This document shows, one piece after another, positions 12,331 to 25,390 of a DNA stretch of 64,000 nucleotides. The stretch spans positions 120,652,001 to 120,716,000 of the forward strand of contig NC_042998.1 of NCBI RefSeq assembly GCF_006345805.1, in the 5' to 3' direction. This stretch comes from Octopus sinensis. Its lineage: Eukaryota. The notes beneath the pieces were generated by a model. It did no database searches. It was not told the DNA's origin and was given only the letters and a program-made list of their open reading frames with translations. Position 1 is the stretch's first letter. Every line of letters starts with the position of its first letter. The position numbers and the translations under genes are program-made.

Positions 12331-13089
12331 ATGTATGTATAAGTCGACTGGCTACATACCAGGTAGAGGCCACGGGTTATGGTCTCACTAGTCTTGCCAG
12401 GTCTTCTCACGCGCAGCATACACACACACACACATACAAAGATAAATTGATAGATACAACTGAGTGGGCAAACATGAATATGAGACACAGCCTAGTGCTT
12501 TTTTATGTTGATAAGCCTGGTACTTATTCTATTAGTTTGTTCTTGTGAAACCAGTAATTTATGGAGATGTAAATAAATGAACAGCAGTTTTGAAGCAGTG
12601 ATGAGGGCGAAACACAGAGACAAAGAGACACACATACACTTGCATATATACATATATATACGAATGATTTGTTTCAGTTCCTGTCTACGAAATCCATATA
12701 TATATATATATACACAAAGATAAATTGATAGATACAACTGAGTGGGCAAACAAAAATATGAGGCACTGCCTAGTGCTTTTTTTATTTTGATAAGCCTGGT
12801 ACTTATTCTATCATTTTCTTCTTGTGAAACCAGTAAGTTATAGGGATGTAAATAAACGAACACCAGTCGTGAAGCAGTGATGAGGGAGAAACACAAAGAC
12901 ACACACATAGACTTAAATATATACATACATATATATACAATTGATTTCTTTCAGTTTCTGTCTCCAAAATCTACTGACAAGGCTTTGGTTGGTCTGAGGC
13001 TATAGCAGAAGACATGCCAAGTTACCACACAGCCACACCTGCACATGTGTGTGTGTGTGTATGGGTGTATATATGTATGCATGTATATA

Positions 13090-13127
<38 letters not shown>

Positions 13128-13405
13128 TCTACACATACATCTATATCTATCAAAATATATCTGTAAATATACATGTATATATATATATACAGCTATACAT
13201 ATACATGTATATATATATACAGCTATACATATACATGTATATATATATATATACAGCTATACATATGCATGTATATATATATACAGCTATACATATACAT
13301 GTATATATATACAGCTAAACATATACGTGTATACATATACATCTATATATGTGACCTCGTGTGTACCGTTGGCAATTTTTTTTCCTGTGTCTTCCCTTCT
13401 CCTAT

Positions 13406-13440
13406 GTTTCCGACGAAGAGCTCCGCTCGAAACGTTAATC
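13406..13440 (+). ncRNA. Minimal type I hammerhead-like motif, copy 1
   Basis: GUUU-CCGACGA-A-GAGC(UCC)GCUC-GAA-ACGU-U-AAUC. Perfect stem II and palindromic stem III ACGU; predicted cleavage after GUU (13436). Core carries U4C. Confidence 0.7.
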
Positions 13441-13520
13441 CCTCCTTCTTTCCTGAGCGTCCAATAATACTATGTTTGTTCCACGTCCTCACGTTGTGTT
13501 TTTTTGTGCTTTCTACATCC

Positions 13521-13555
<35 letters not shown>

Positions 13556-13845
13556 ATATATATATGCATCTACACATACATCTATATCTATCAAAATATA
13601 TCTGTAAATATACATGTATATATATATATACAGCTATACATATACATGTATATATATATACAGCTATACATATACATGTAATATATATATATACAGCTAT
13701 ACATATGCATGTATATATATATACAGCTATACATATACATGTATATATATACAGCTAAACATATACGTGTATACATATACATCTATATATGTGACCTCGT
13801 GTGTACCGTTGGCAATTTTTTTTCCTGTGTCTTCCCTTCTCCTAT

Positions 13846-13880
13846 GTTTCCGACGAAGAGCTCCGCTCGAAACGTTAATC
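13846..13880 (+). ncRNA. Minimal type I hammerhead-like motif, copy 2
   Basis: Identical to 13406-13440; predicted cleavage after 13876. Confidence 0.7.
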
Positions 13881-13958
13881 CCTCCTTCTTTCCTGAGCGT
13901 CCAATAATACTATGTTTGTTCCACGTCCTCACGTTGTGTTTTTTTGTGCTTTCTACAT

Positions 13959-14000
<42 letters not shown>

Positions 14001-14832
14001 CATGTAAATTTAAATTTAAAATAATAAGGTTGAAAAATTGAATATTAATTTGATTAATATGAATTGAAAACCAGTGGTGTAGCATATAAGACCATAGCGG
14101 ATCTTCTAGCAAAATAGATGTCCACTGTTGATGGTTCATCCCTCTTATATAATAGTTTCACTTTATTAGTTTCAGTATTAAAGTGAAAGCATGTGACAGT
14201 ACAATAGAGAGATGTTTTTGTTTCACTTTTAACATGTAATACTGAAATAGTGGAGAAGATATGATATTGCTGTGGACTCGCCCTTTTTTTTTTTTTCTTT
14301 TCATTTTTTAGTTTCAGCTCAGAGCTGCGGCCATGCTGATGCACGGCAAGAAGTTAAAAAAATTTTTTGCCCATGACACTACATGGACCCTGTGTAAGGC
14401 ATGTGTAAAATTTTAATGAAATTGGTTGTATAGTTCTCAAGTTTTAGATATCCACACAGACAGACAGACACACACACACATTCTCAGTTTTATATATATA
14501 TAGATTCACTCTTATTTTTTCCCCATAAAATAAAATATCCCATACATATGATACAACCTTTAAATTGCATAAATTTGCATGAATATTCCGCAGTTATGTG
14601 AGAGGTGATATAAAAAAAAACTTAATTCAGTTAAAAAAGATACACTTTTCACTATTCAGTCACCACCACTACCACCATCATCTCTCTCTCCCTCCTCCTT
14701 CCTCCCTCTCCTCCTCTTATCTCTCTCCACCTTTCTGTAACCTCACTATCAGAATATCACTCCTTTGCTAAAATTATATTTTTAACTCTTCTCCTACCTT
14801 CAACTAACATTTTTAACCACATAATAAATATT

Positions 14833-15015
14833 TATTTCTTTACTACCCACAAGGAGCTAAACACAGAGGGGTCAAACAAGGACAGACAAACGGATTAAGT
14901 CGATTACATCGATCCCAGTGCGTAACTGGTACTTAATTTATCAACCCCGAAAGGATGAAAGGCAAAGCCGACCTCGGCAAAGTCGACCTTGGCAAAGTCG
15001 ACCTCGGCAAAGTCG
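14833..15015 (+). mobile_element. SINE-like repeat fragment with a 4x 15-bp terminal tandem repeat
   Basis: Core ggtacttaatttatcaaccccgaaaggatgaaaggcaaag, with related copies near 3200-3400, 45790-45980 and 56710-56930. Four copies of ggcaaagtcgacctc at 14961-15020. Flanking direct repeat accacataataaatatt. Confidence 0.6.
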
Positions 15016-15784
15016 ACCACATAATAAATATTACGTTACCCTTACTTCACATCATGGCCACTTCTCTCTCTCTCACTTTTTCTCCCATTTTCTGTCTCTC
15101 TCTTCACCTTATCCTCTTTTTCTCTTTCCTTTTTCTTCCTCCTCTCTTTCCTTTCAATTACATTCTCTCTACCTCACATGGATGCTTCTCTCTCCTACTT
15201 TTTCTCCTTCCTTTTTCTTTAGTCACATAAAAACATTACCAACAGAGACTAAGTAATGCAATGACAAACAGAATTATTATAAGAAAGTTACAAAACCAGT
15301 TAAAGTAACAACAGTGCATAACTAATATATTTTATTACTACATTATTTCTAATTGGTTTCATAATCTTTCATGTGAAAAAGACACAGTCACACATAAACA
15401 TACACATTATTCAAAAGGAAGTTAGCTGTCAGTAACCTCAAAGATTGTGTAACAGTAGTCAGTGTACATGTGTGTGTGTGTGTGTGTATGCACGCATGAG
15501 TGCATGTGTCTGTGTGTGTGTGTGCACGCATGAGTGCATGTGTCTGTGTGTGTGTGATCATTGAATAAACCATTTTAATGGCACTCCTATACTAGGTACA
15601 TCTGATCAGGTTCTATACCTGAATGAACTCAGAACAATAAAACAACTCACATTTCAAACAATATAATCTTTCTTTATCTTTTTCTCTACCACTCACCTTA
15701 TAAACATGCTCTTCTCCCTCTCTCTTCTATCCAAATTTACTTTCCAGAGTACATATACCAAGCCTAATTATCATTTTACATAGG

Positions 15785-16040
15785 TGTGTGACTTAGTGGT
15801 TAGGGTGTCAGCATGATGATTGTAAGTTTGTGGTTTCGATTCCTGGACCAGGCGATACATTGTGTTCTTGTGTTCTTGAGCAAAACACTTCATTTCACGT
15901 TGCTCCTGTCCACTCAGCTGGCAAAAATGAGTAACGCTGCGATGGACTGGCGTCCCGTCCAGCTGGGGAACACATACGCCATTGAAACCAGGAAACCGAG
16001 CCCATGAGCTTGGCTAGGCTTTAAAAGGGCACATTTATTT
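15785..16040 (+). mobile_element. tRNA-derived SINE
   Basis: A-box-like tgacttagtgg and B box ggtttcgattcc. Body contains ttgagcaaaacacttcatttc and gcgatggactggcgtcccgtccag. Confidence 0.7.
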
Positions 16041-16179
16041 TTTTTAGGAAATCAAAACATCAGAGATAAAACCAAAATAAACTCTACTTACTATGATGAT
16101 GGCTAGCCAGATGAAAATTCTGTTGTAAAAGTATAATATATTCATAAATTATTCTTTAACAATGACTTTGAAGTTTAAG

Positions 16180-17170
16180 ACAGGTAAGCCATCCTGTAGG
16201 AACTACTATATGTTGATGACCTTGCTCTTCTAACGGAATCTGTTATAGAATTGAAGAAGAAATTCCAGGTATGGAAGCAAAACCTGGAATCAAAGGGCCT
16301 TCAAGTTAATCTAGTGAAGACCAAGTTAGTCTAGTGTTATTAGTGTTATTCAAGTTAATCTAGTGTTATTAGCTAGAAAGTGAATAAGATTCTTTGTCAA
16401 GGTAAATGATCCTGCATGTAGACAAGATGTTGGAAGAAATTCCATTTGTTGTGCTCAGTGCAAGCAACAGATACATAAGAGGTGCAGTGGAATCACAGGT
16501 AGGTTAACAGAGAAAGTCGTCTTTGTATGCAGCAGATGCACAGGAGCAATGAGTTCTAAGGACACATTGGAATTAGACTCTCTCAAATGCCCCAGAATGC
16601 TTCCTTGAGGTTGTATACAGTTTCTATTACCTAGATGGCATAATTAGCAGTGGTAGAGGATGTTCTGAAAGTATTGTTGTTAGAATAAGAATAGGATGGT
16701 TGAAGCTCAGAGAGCTATTACCTCTGTTGGCAACAAAAGGTAGATTGTATGATGCTTGTGTATGAACTGCTATGCTCCATGGTAGCGAGACATGGGCTCT
16801 GAATACAGACAGCATGTGTTGACTTGAGAGAAAATGATGCCAATATTCTTCAATGGATGTGCAACATCAGTGTGCCTATACGACAAAGTGAAAATGTGCT
16901 GAGAGAAAAGTTGAACACAAGAGGAATCAGATGCAGAATGAGAGAGAAGACTGTGTTGGTTTGGACATGTGATGCCTATGAATGAAAACAGCTGTTTACA
17001 AAAATGCCAATCATTTGAAGTAGATGGAACCTTTGAAAAAGGGTGACCTAGGGAGACCTGGGTTGAAGTAGTGGACGCCAATCTCATGATGTTGGATCTC
17101 ACAGAGGAGATGACAATGGACTTGAGAGTCTGGCAATGTGAGGTTCTTGAAAAGACCTGTCCACTTCAGT
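16180..17170 (+). mobile_element. Decayed RTE-clade LINE, RT C-terminal half
   Basis: ELLYVDDLALLTES...FQVWKQNLESKGLQVNLVKT, a Cys-rich insert, then RIRIGWLKLRELLPLL and LHGSETW. Contains frameshifts and stops. Confidence 0.85.
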
Positions 17171-18195
17171 GAAACTATTCTGGAAGTGCTGTGTGCACAT
17201 TTAACATTAATTTTTGCACACCCTACCTTAATAAACCAAACTACATCTCCTCTTCTCCTTTTTCTCTCCTCTTCTTTTTGCACTATGCTTATCTCTCCCT
17301 CCCCACTCCTGCAGCCCAAATCTGTCCCCACCTACTATATCAATGCTATTCTTTTGTTCCCTCTACATACTTGTGTTTGACCAGTCACTGCATCCCTCCT
17401 CCCCTTTTTTCTACATTCCTTACTCCCTGGGCAATCCTCTACTATTTCATTTATATTCACATCCTTGTATTTTGAGAGTATGCTCTGGTACTACCATCCC
17501 TCTTGCACTCTCTCTATCTCTCACTCTTTCTCTTACTCTCTCTCTCTCACTGGAACTATGTATTTCCTCTACAGCAAGATATCTGTTTCTATCCCTCTGT
17601 CATACTCTAACACTTTATCACTTAACACAGTGTGACCTCCTTCATTACCACCAGTCACTTTCAAAGGATCTTTGTCTTGCAAGTTATTTGGTGACCTCGC
17701 CAGTAAAAAACACCCAATCCACTCTATAAAGTGGTTGGCATTAGGAAGGGCATCTAGCCATAAAAAAACCATGCCAAAGCAGACAGTGGAGCTTGGCGTA
17801 GTCCTCAGGCTTGCCAGCTCCTATCAAACCATCCAACCCATGCCAGCATAGAAGAGGAACATTAAACGATGATGATGATATACATAGATAGATAATACAT
17901 ACAACACTTGATAAATGATCATTTCACTTTCAATCTGTTGACAGTACTCTATGCATTTGTGTTAGTATTTTATTTATGTGTCATATATACATATCTTATT
18001 GTATGTGTCTATTATGTGTATGGAAATATATTTCACTCCACAGAATGTGCTTTCTTCATTGTATTCCAGAATGTATCATTTACAATGGTGTGTGTTTATA
18101 CACATATAGGTATTTGCAAGCATGTGTATTTACACCCACACATAAACATAACACATTTGCATCTCAAATCAGGGATTGTTTTGTTTGTATTTCAG

Positions 18196-18368
18196 CCTGA
18201 AAACATTGTGGTTGACTGTGGCCTAAATTCCGGTGTCAAATTAATAGACTTTGGTGATGCTCGTCACATCTACAATAACTACTACATCCACCCTGTGGTA
18301 GGTAACCCTGAATTTATGGCACCAGAGCTGGTCAGTGGAACTCCTGTAGGGCTACTCACTGATATCTG
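18196..18368 (+). CDS. Trio/Kalirin kinase exon (PENIVV...KLIDFGDA...GNPEFMAPE...TDIW)
   Basis: tttcAG acceptor and GTaaga donor; 173 nt. Encodes the DFG and APE motifs. Confidence 0.95.
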
Positions 18369-20268
18369 GTAAGATTTTTCTGTAACTTCTTAATACATCA
18401 GAAATATGAAAGTGTTTCTAGTCATTCTTGAAAATAATTTATATAATTTTAGTAAGGGGTTTCTCCAAATGTTTACCAGTTTGCTCACAGTAATCATTAT
18501 TATTATTATGTAGAAACAGGCATGCACACACACACATGCTTGTTTGTGTGTGTGTGTATTTCTGTATCATTTTTGTAAATTGTGTATCCGATTTAATAGA
18601 GTATTTATTAAACATTGAGTATAAATACATTACTTTGGACAGTTAAAAACTGTCAAGTGTTAATGAAATCTCAATGAAGATCGAAACTTCATTGCTTGTG
18701 TTGACAGTGGCTGTATCAGTACTGGTGGTCACTAAGGTAGTATTTGAGGTAATGTCAGTTCTAGCCTCAGCAAACACAGTAGTTGTGGTAGTAGCAGTGG
18801 TGGGATTGTTACTAATGTTAATAGTGGTATAAATAGTAGTAGAGTAGAGGTAATATCAGCAGCAACCTTGGAAGTAATAGTAACATCTGTGGTAATGGTC
18901 GTGATGGCAGATGGCCTATGTCAGCCAATGGCTTAACTCCCATTGACCTTACTTTTAAGCTTCTATCTTCAAATAAAAATGGCTTTTTTGGTCTGCAAAT
19001 TATTAATATTGTACTCCTTCGTTAGGATGATTAGAGAATATATTATTGTTGTTACTTTTCAAGATGTGTTTCTGGGTGGAAGTTACATGTGTTGTCAAAT
19101 GCTCATTCAACAAGTTATGAAGAGATGAAATCACACTGCCAGTACAGTATTCAATGTATTTGGCACGTTGTAGTTGGTGCACTAGACATGTGCAATAGCT
19201 GTTAGTTCATGTCACAGATGGCGGGGTTGGCCAGCATGCATGAGTGCAGGTCACTGTTGACTTGGTTGCTAGATAGGCATTTCTGAAAGGATGGTCTCAA
19301 GTGGGCTAAACATATGCTGAGTCTTTCTCTGTAGATAACAATAGTTGATAGTTGCCTTTCTCTTGAAGTGTGATATCTTCAGGAAGCAGGTGATAATGTA
19401 TTTGCTTTCTTGATTTGGGACCCTAAAGTCAGTTGATAAAAAAGGCCAGATACCTATTGATTTGTAGTGTCCTGAGGAAATATGTATTATTCCACCTGTC
19501 TTGGATATAGATGATGTATAATAGATAGATATATATCTTATCATCATCATTTAATGTCTGTTTTCCAAGCTAGCATGAGCTGGACAGTTCAACAGGAGCT
19601 AGTAAGCCAGAGGACTGCATCAAGCTCCACTGTCTCTTTTGGCATGGTTTTTACAGCTGGACGCCCTTCCTAACACCTACAGAGGGGACTGGGTGCTTTT
19701 TACATGGTACCAGCACTGGGGAGGTCTGTTTGGCATAGTTTTTATATGCCATCCACTGTACAGAGCACGCTGGATATTTTTCTACATGGTTACTAGAGGT
19801 AGGATGACAGAGGACCAAGACACCTGGTGGTTTGCTATGCTTGAAAAGACACATCAAACTAAGTAAAAGCATGGTTTCCCTTGCTTTCAGGCTCATTTCT
19901 TGCAACCTTCTCCAGCTAAACATTCCCTAATCTTGTGGGCTCATAAGTGCTGGTGTCATGTAAAAAGATAAGAAGCACCCAGTACACTCTGTAAAATGGT
20001 TTGCATTAGGAAGGGCACCCGGCTGTAGAAACCCATGCCAAATCAGAATTGCAGTCTGGTGCAGTTCCCCAGCTTGCCATCTCTGATCAAACTGTCCAGC
20101 TTATGCCAGCATGGACAGCAGACATTAAATGATGATAATATATATATATAAATAATATGCTACAACATATCATATATCACATTAAAAAGTAACTAGCTTA
20201 TTAAACTTTTGTAGAGGCCTATTCTTATCACATTACCATATTATATGATACAATGTTTTTTTTTACAG

Positions 20269-20448
20269 GAGTATGGGCGTAATACTCTATGTCTTATTAA
20301 GTGGAGTTTCACCTTTTCTGGATGAAAGTCAGGAAGAGACCTGTTCAAATATTGTTCGTAACGACTATAGTTTTCCCGATGAATATTTTGCTGGAATATC
20401 ACCTGAAGCAAAGGATCTTGCCCGGTCAATGTTGATGGAAGATATGAA
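20269..20448 (+). CDS. Trio/Kalirin kinase exon (SMGVILYVLLSGVSPFLDESQEETC...EDM)
   Basis: ttttacAG acceptor and GTaagt donor; 180 nt. LSGVSPFLDES-x-EETC is characteristic of Trio/Kalirin kinases. Confidence 0.95.
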
Positions 20449-20668
20449 GTAAGTGTGTGTGTGTGTGTGAGTGGCAGTATCTGAAGAGTGGTTGATTATG
20501 TATATGATCTCCAAACATACTGCTCTCAAAAACTACATCCATTCTTGGGACCTGCCAACTCTAATGGTTTAACCTTATTTATTAGCATTTTTTTCACATT
20601 CCCACCTTCGTTCATACTTCCATTTATTCAAACTTCAGTTGTTGTTTGGTCCTGGGTCAACTCTGATC

Positions 20669-23150
20669 ATAATAATAATAATAATAATAATAATTGTGTA
20701 CAGTGCTCAGGTGCACTACAACTCATCTAAAGTGTATATATAATCAGGTGTAGTTTCGGCGGATTTCGGAAAGCATGAGGGCCTTAAAGGATGCAGTGTC
20801 ATGGCAGTCAACAACTGACGCAGGCAGTTTATTCCATGCTTCAGCAACTCTGAGCGTGAAAAAATGTTTCCGAAAGTCATGGGAGCTGTGTTGTTTTCTG
20901 ACTTTGTAGGCATGTCCACATGTGTTAGACACATGGAGATCAAAAAGGTGTTCAGTGTTGTTGTTGGTGAGGTGGTTGATAACCTTGTGGGTGTTTACCA
21001 AGTCCGTCGCCAGACGCCGGAGCTTCAGTGAATCCATGCCCAGGGAAACAAGACGCTCAGAATATGGTAGGTGTCTGATGGAGGGTATGCATTTGGTTGC
21101 ACGTCTCTGGACAGATTCCAGGAGGTCAATGTTCTGAGCAAGATAGGGATTCCAAACTGATGATGCGAATTCCAAGTGTGGTCGTACCATAGCTGTATAC
21201 AGTTTTAAATAGATGGCTGGAGAGCGGCTAACAAAAGTCTTGCTGAGTGATGCCAAGACACCCTCGGCCTTCTTGACAATTTTAGAGATATGCTTTGTCC
21301 AACGCAAATCACTGCTGACAGTGATGCCTAGGTCACGCTCGCAAGAGGATTTCTTGATATCAGTGTTGTGGAGGGAGTATGTGGACGCAGGGTTTTTTCT
21401 CCCAAAATGCATGGTGGTACACTTGTCCACAGCCAGTTTCAGTTGCCAGTCTGTGATCCATTGCTGCATTGTGTCTAGGTCTGATTGCAGGAAAGAGTTG
21501 TAGACATCAGGATCAGTCCTCTTGATTTCAAGGTACAGCTTGATGTCGTCTGCATATTTCAATACTGTGGCATTCTTTAAATTGGCATCTATGTCATTAA
21601 TGTATGCCACAAACAGGAGGGGACCAAGGACAGATCCCTGTGGTAAACCCGATGACATCTCATATGGTGTAGAGTGCTGTCCTAGAACTGTGACTACCTC
21701 CTTTCGGCTGAGGATGAAGGATTTCAACCAGTTAAAAAGGTCATTCCCCACACCCATTGCAGAGAGTTTCACCATAAGCCTTTTGTGTGGCACAGAGTTG
21801 AAAGCCTTAGCAAAGTCAAGGTAGACAACATCCACCCATGAGCCACTGTCAGTGATCTGAGTAATGTCCTCAAGGAACTCGACAAGCTGGTCACTGCAGC
21901 TGGAGTTAGGGACAAATCCATATTGTGAGGGTTGGATGAGACTGTGAGAGCTCCAGAAGTTCCAGAGTGTTTCTCTGACACACGATTCCATCAGTTTTGC
22001 AATACAGCTAGTGAGACTGACTGGGCGATAGTTGACAGGTGAAGTGCGGTCACCCTTTTTGAACAGAGGAATGACACTGGCAGTTTTCCACTGCTCCGGA
22101 GTAGCACCATTGTTGAGACAGTACTGGAAGAAAATAGAAAGCTGGTGTAAAAGGAAGTGCCTGCCACGTTTGAGAAGCAGGTATGTAACTCCATTGAGAC
22201 CAGGGGAGGCATAGTTGCGCTTATTTTGAAGGTGACGTTGCAGCATTGCAGGTGTAAATTCCATAGTTGTTATGGAGTTTGCTGTTAGTGATGGTGAAGA
22301 TGGTACATTTTGACTTTCAATAGTGAATATGTTTGCATAACACTCGGCAATGAGTTCTGCGCAGTCCTTGGGGTCGTCAGTGATCTGGTTTGTGTGAGGG
22401 TTGCGAAGAGGGCCCACTGGAGAGTGAGGTCTCTGCTTTGAATGCACATATTTCCAGAAAACCTTGCTGTCAGGATTGGCTGCTATGCACTGTTCAAATT
22501 CAAGCACTGCATTTTTTGTCACTTGCTTGAGATGGTTGGAGGATTTATTCTGCTTCTTCCTGTTGGTGTCTGATTTATGCAACTTGTATTCCTGTTCAGC
22601 AGTCCGACGTTCCTTCCTGGCAAGTCGGACCGCTGAAGTTTCCCAAATTGCCCTTTTGGGGCGGTTCTGCCCATATTGAGTCCAGGATACTCTGGAGTAT
22701 AGTATTCACATCTCCAGAGTTGTAGAATTCACGCCAGTTTGGGTGCTGTAGTTCAGTGTGGTACAGGTTCCAATCTGCTCTCTTCCAATCGAAGGAAGCA
22801 GATTGGAGATGGTTCAGGTGTTTGTTGCCCGCAAGAGCCAGATTGGCGATGATCATAGCATGATCAGAGTTACCTAGAGGTTCCTCCGTAGTGCAATTGA
22901 TAACCGCTTCAGGAGTTGTGGTGAAGAGCAGGTCCAAGGTGTTGTCGCCTCTTGTTGGAGAGGTGACTACTTGTGACCAGTTTGAGTCCAGCACAAGCTC
23001 AACAAAATCGTTTGCACTCTGTGGCCAATGGAAGGTTTCCCAATCGATCTCAGGATGATTGAAATCGCCTGCAATAAACACATAAGTGGCTGTTTTCCTG
23101 GCAGCAGCTCGGAGGATGTTGCAAAGCTGTGTGTCCTGATGGTAATTTGG
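20669..23150 (-). mobile_element. 5'-truncated CR1/L2-type LINE with near-intact ORF2 (EN C-terminus and RT), antisense in a kinase intron
   Basis: ORF 22596-23081 has EN motifs AGDFNHPEIDW, LDLLFT and SDH. ORF 20744-22582 has YRPVSLTS, YLDFAKAFNSVPH, PQGSVLGPLLF and YADD, plus the CR1-like end GHAYKV...RKHFFTLRVAEAWNKLP. One frameshift near 22660-22690. Short 3' UTR and (ATT)n tail at about 20669-20693. Confidence 0.92.
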
Positions 23151-23911
23151 TAATCATGTAGGCCCTATGAAAAAAGCACTCCAGCTGTGGCCATGCCACC
23201 AAGACTTTATTATTCAAATGTGTCTTTTTCCCTTTTGAAACATTAAGGAGTGATTCATGAGAGATTTGGCTTCTTTTTCTAGAAGGCAGAGCAATTGACA
23301 ATGTAGTAATCCCGTTATTGGCTCTGCTAATATTTGAACTGATGGAAGTGTCATAATGGCTAAGACAGGTTTTGTATTAATTGCTTCTCTAAGAATCTGT
23401 GGTCTGCCTCTGTTGATGGGTTGTGAATTGGTTTCATTTTAAAACAGATCTGACTGAACCACCAACAGCAGTTGTTCATGTGGTAAGTTCATCTGAAGGA
23501 TATAGCTCAGAGTACAAATAAAAATGTAACCAATCTGTGTTTTTTTTTTTCTATAAAACTATTCAGACCAAATGTTGAGTACATGCTTCATGTAAAGATC
23601 ATGTAGGTGGTAGGCAATTGTTCCAGTTGCTTTATGATATCAAGTTCAAAACCTCACATTTCTGAGATCAACATTCTCTTGAGACCAAGTATATTATTTA
23701 CTATTGTAGGATTTGTTAGACAAATACTAGTCATATAATAAATTTGGTTCAACTGACAGCGTCCTTTGCATTAGCTGAAAGAAATTCCTTTTAATGTCTG
23801 AAGTTTATTTATTTACTTGCTATATATCTGTATGTGTCTGTGTTCTGTTTCAGTCAACAACCTTTCAATGTGTAATTGTTAGTAGTGAAAGTGATGACAT
23901 TTCTCTTTCAG

Positions 23912-24047
23912 TAAACGACCATTAGCTCAACACTGTTTAGAGAGTCCTTGGATCAAGAAAGCTAGCATCTCTCGAACATCACCTCTTCGACCCAAACCTA
24001 TTTCAACTACACGCCTTGCTGATTTTGTAGAGAGAAGAAAGCATCAG
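23912..24047 (+). CDS. Trio/Kalirin kinase C-terminal exon (KRPLAQHCLESPWIK...TTRLADFVERRKHQ)
   Basis: ctctttcAG acceptor and GTttgt donor. Ends in RL-x-x-F-x-ERRKHQ, as I recall vertebrate Trio and Kalirin do. Confidence 0.92.
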
Positions 24048-25390
24048 GTTTGTACCTAGTAACATGCTCTTGCCTTAAATTATTTCACGTCGCAGTAAAC
24101 AGACAGCAGATAAATACTTTATTATACTCACTATGCAGTCTTTACAACCAGTCATTTAAGTTGTCTTTGCCAGGTTTCTTCTTCCTTTCTGTTTTTTGTT
24201 TTTTTTAAATCTTCTGAAAATATCTTTGTTGCTCCGCTTTTTGTTTAACAGCAAAAAAAAAATTGTGTATCAGGTGAGTGATCTGATATACTTGTATGGC
24301 AAGCAAGTGGAAATAAAAGAAGTTTTATTAGGAAAAATGTTCGTTTCTGTTCACACCACTATACAAATGAGATTATCAACCAGTTTCTTTGTTTTACTAA
24401 GCAGTGCCACTTGCAACAAAGCTTTTGAAGTCCGAAGATTTTATTACCAATATTACTATCTACTTTTGTTAGAACATTATAATAGATTATAAAGTAGTCA
24501 TGCACACACTCACCTAGCACGAAAATTTCATTCTGTAAATTTGTTCTTAATTTCCTGAAATCAGCTTCTCTTTCTATAATTGCTGCTAGGTTTTTTATTT
24601 TATTTTATCATATTCCAACTAAGAAGCAAATTTCAACCTATTAAGAATTCTTTACATGCATAATTAATTACATCATCACCCCCACCCCCACCATCTAAAT
24701 TCATACCATTGGTCCACTTGTGTTAATCCCTTAGCTCATTCTTTGCAGTGATGCAAATTATACCAATCAAAATTACTTTAACTCTATCCACTAATCAAAG
24801 CAGGTGACAGGGGACTACACATCACTGCTGAGATCTAATATAACTGAAACATATCTTTTGCTTTCATCGTCTGCTAACATAGCAGCAAATTTTCTATTTT
24901 TTTAAGTATGAAAATTTAGTTCCTGTCAAATTACCTCCCTTATCTGTTGACCGTTACTATATGGCATCTTAGAATGATTATTAGCCCATTGGATAGGTGG
25001 TATTCGTTCCAGCTCTCTATGCTCAGAGTTCATATCCTGCCAAGGTCAATTTTACTTTTCATCCTTTAGAGTTTAATAAAAACAAGAATCAGTCCAATAC
25101 TAGGTTCACTTCTCTCTCACCTAATTAAATACTGACCACGGTCACTTATGATGACCATTATCCTTCCACTTTAATCAATTTCTTCTCCTTCTCTGTAGAA
25201 GTAGACACTGAAGACCTATTGCTTGTCTTCCATTCCATAGTCTCAATAAGCCCCATCTTTCAAAACTTTGAAGTTACTATCAGTTATATTATAATAAATA
25301 TTAGATTCTACACATGCATTGAGTCCTTCATTTTGTCAAAGTTTGTTCATAAATATTTATTAACAACAGAAGCAGTATTAATATTGAGAG

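Larger units (their letters stand above)
13090..13990 (+). repeat. 440-bp tandem duplication (two copies) of a TA-rich minisatellite plus a hammerhead-bearing unit
   Basis: The atgtgacctcgtgtgtaccg...ttctacatcc block is identical in both copies, with an offset of exactly 440 nt at the hammerhead. The TA tracts differ slightly. Confidence 0.92.
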
